Assembly: GCA_025060395.1 (NCBI GenBank)
Contig: JANXCC010000004.1
Coordinates: 37,454-101,453, forward strand
Source of the DNA: Candidatus Bipolaricaulota bacterium
GTDB lineage: Bacteria; Bipolaricaulota; Bipolaricaulia; RBG-16-55-9; DRXL01
Length of the DNA: 64,000 nucleotides
Direction: 5' to 3'
How positions within the stretch are numbered: the stretch's first letter is position 1; the number at the start of each line of letters is the position of its first letter. The translations under genes were made by a program, and so were the position numbers. Below the pieces are notes generated by a model. It did not search any database. It had not been told where the DNA came from and was given only the letters and a program-made list of their open reading frames with translations. Below, piece by piece: positions 63,927 through 64,000 of the stretch.

Positions 63927-64000
63927 ATGGGAAACACCATCTTCGATATTGGTGAGGAGAACCGCATTGGACTTCGGCTGCCTGCTCTCGATGTTCCCGA
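63927..64000 (+). CDS. gcvPB: glycine dehydrogenase subunit 2, N-terminal fragment (cut by window edge)
   Basis: MGNTIFDIGEENRIGLRLPALDVP... starts 3 nt after the gcvPA stop. GAAAGGAG lies upstream. Confidence 0.75.
   Translation, partial: MGNTIFDIGEENRIGLRLPALDVP

Noticed and set aside
1-64000. Mobile elements, CRISPR arrays, defence islands and prophage.
   Set aside because: No direct-repeat/spacer arrays, transposase, integrase, recombinase or phage structural motifs were seen in any listed ORF. The content is housekeeping or envelope-related.

Overview
This looks like ordinary chromosome from a GC-rich (by eye), probably diderm bacterium. I call about 70 protein genes, 2 tRNAs and 1 decayed gene, and saw no rRNA, CRISPR, transposase or integrase. 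All calls come from reading the ORF track and hand-translating selected stretches; no similarity search was run, so family names are motif-based recollection.

Gene content in order:
- Minus-strand string of copA-csoR, a His/Cys-rich membrane protein, a MacB-type ABC module, a Zn-ribbon protein and a DUF155 protein.
- MFS transporter, osmC, thiolase, dsbA-like gene and csp.
- S9 and M20 peptidases, then a second MacB-type ABC module.
- rsmD, glutaminyl cyclase and fumC.
- An operon of a class III nucleotide cyclase plus AmmeMemoRadiSam B and its radical SAM enzyme.
- HdrD-like Fe-S oxidoreductase, mutY, hutI, ispE, nadE, a yrdC-like gene and rsmH.
- A beta-helix pseudogene, csaB and two tandem small OMP-like genes.
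- recA-recX, murE, tyrS, HIT, prs, ctc and pth.
- hslVU, an NHL protein and a GT4 glycosyltransferase.
- dnaA-recF-DUF721.
- A dop, small modifier, prcB, prcA, pafA proteasome operon.
- tRNA-Asp, tRNA-Phe and gcvH-PA-PB.

Most interesting observations:
1. A 56-codon UBact/Pup-type modifier gene ending in RSGE is absent from the ORF track. It lies between dop and prcB, and no Mpa/ARC ATPase is nearby.
2. A cyclase with an inverted architecture (N-terminal catalytic domain, C-terminal polytopic domain) is translationally coupled to an AMMECR1-less AmmeMemoRadiSam pair.
3. dnaA encodes only domains III-IV. It sits in a dnaA-recF-DUF721 cluster with no dnaN and no DnaA-box cluster.
4. A 34-codon hyper-basic ORF has its own promoter and Shine-Dalgarno (SD) site.
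5. Leaderless promoter-to-ATG architecture recurs, and several TTG 'starts' in the ORF track are actually -35 hexamers.
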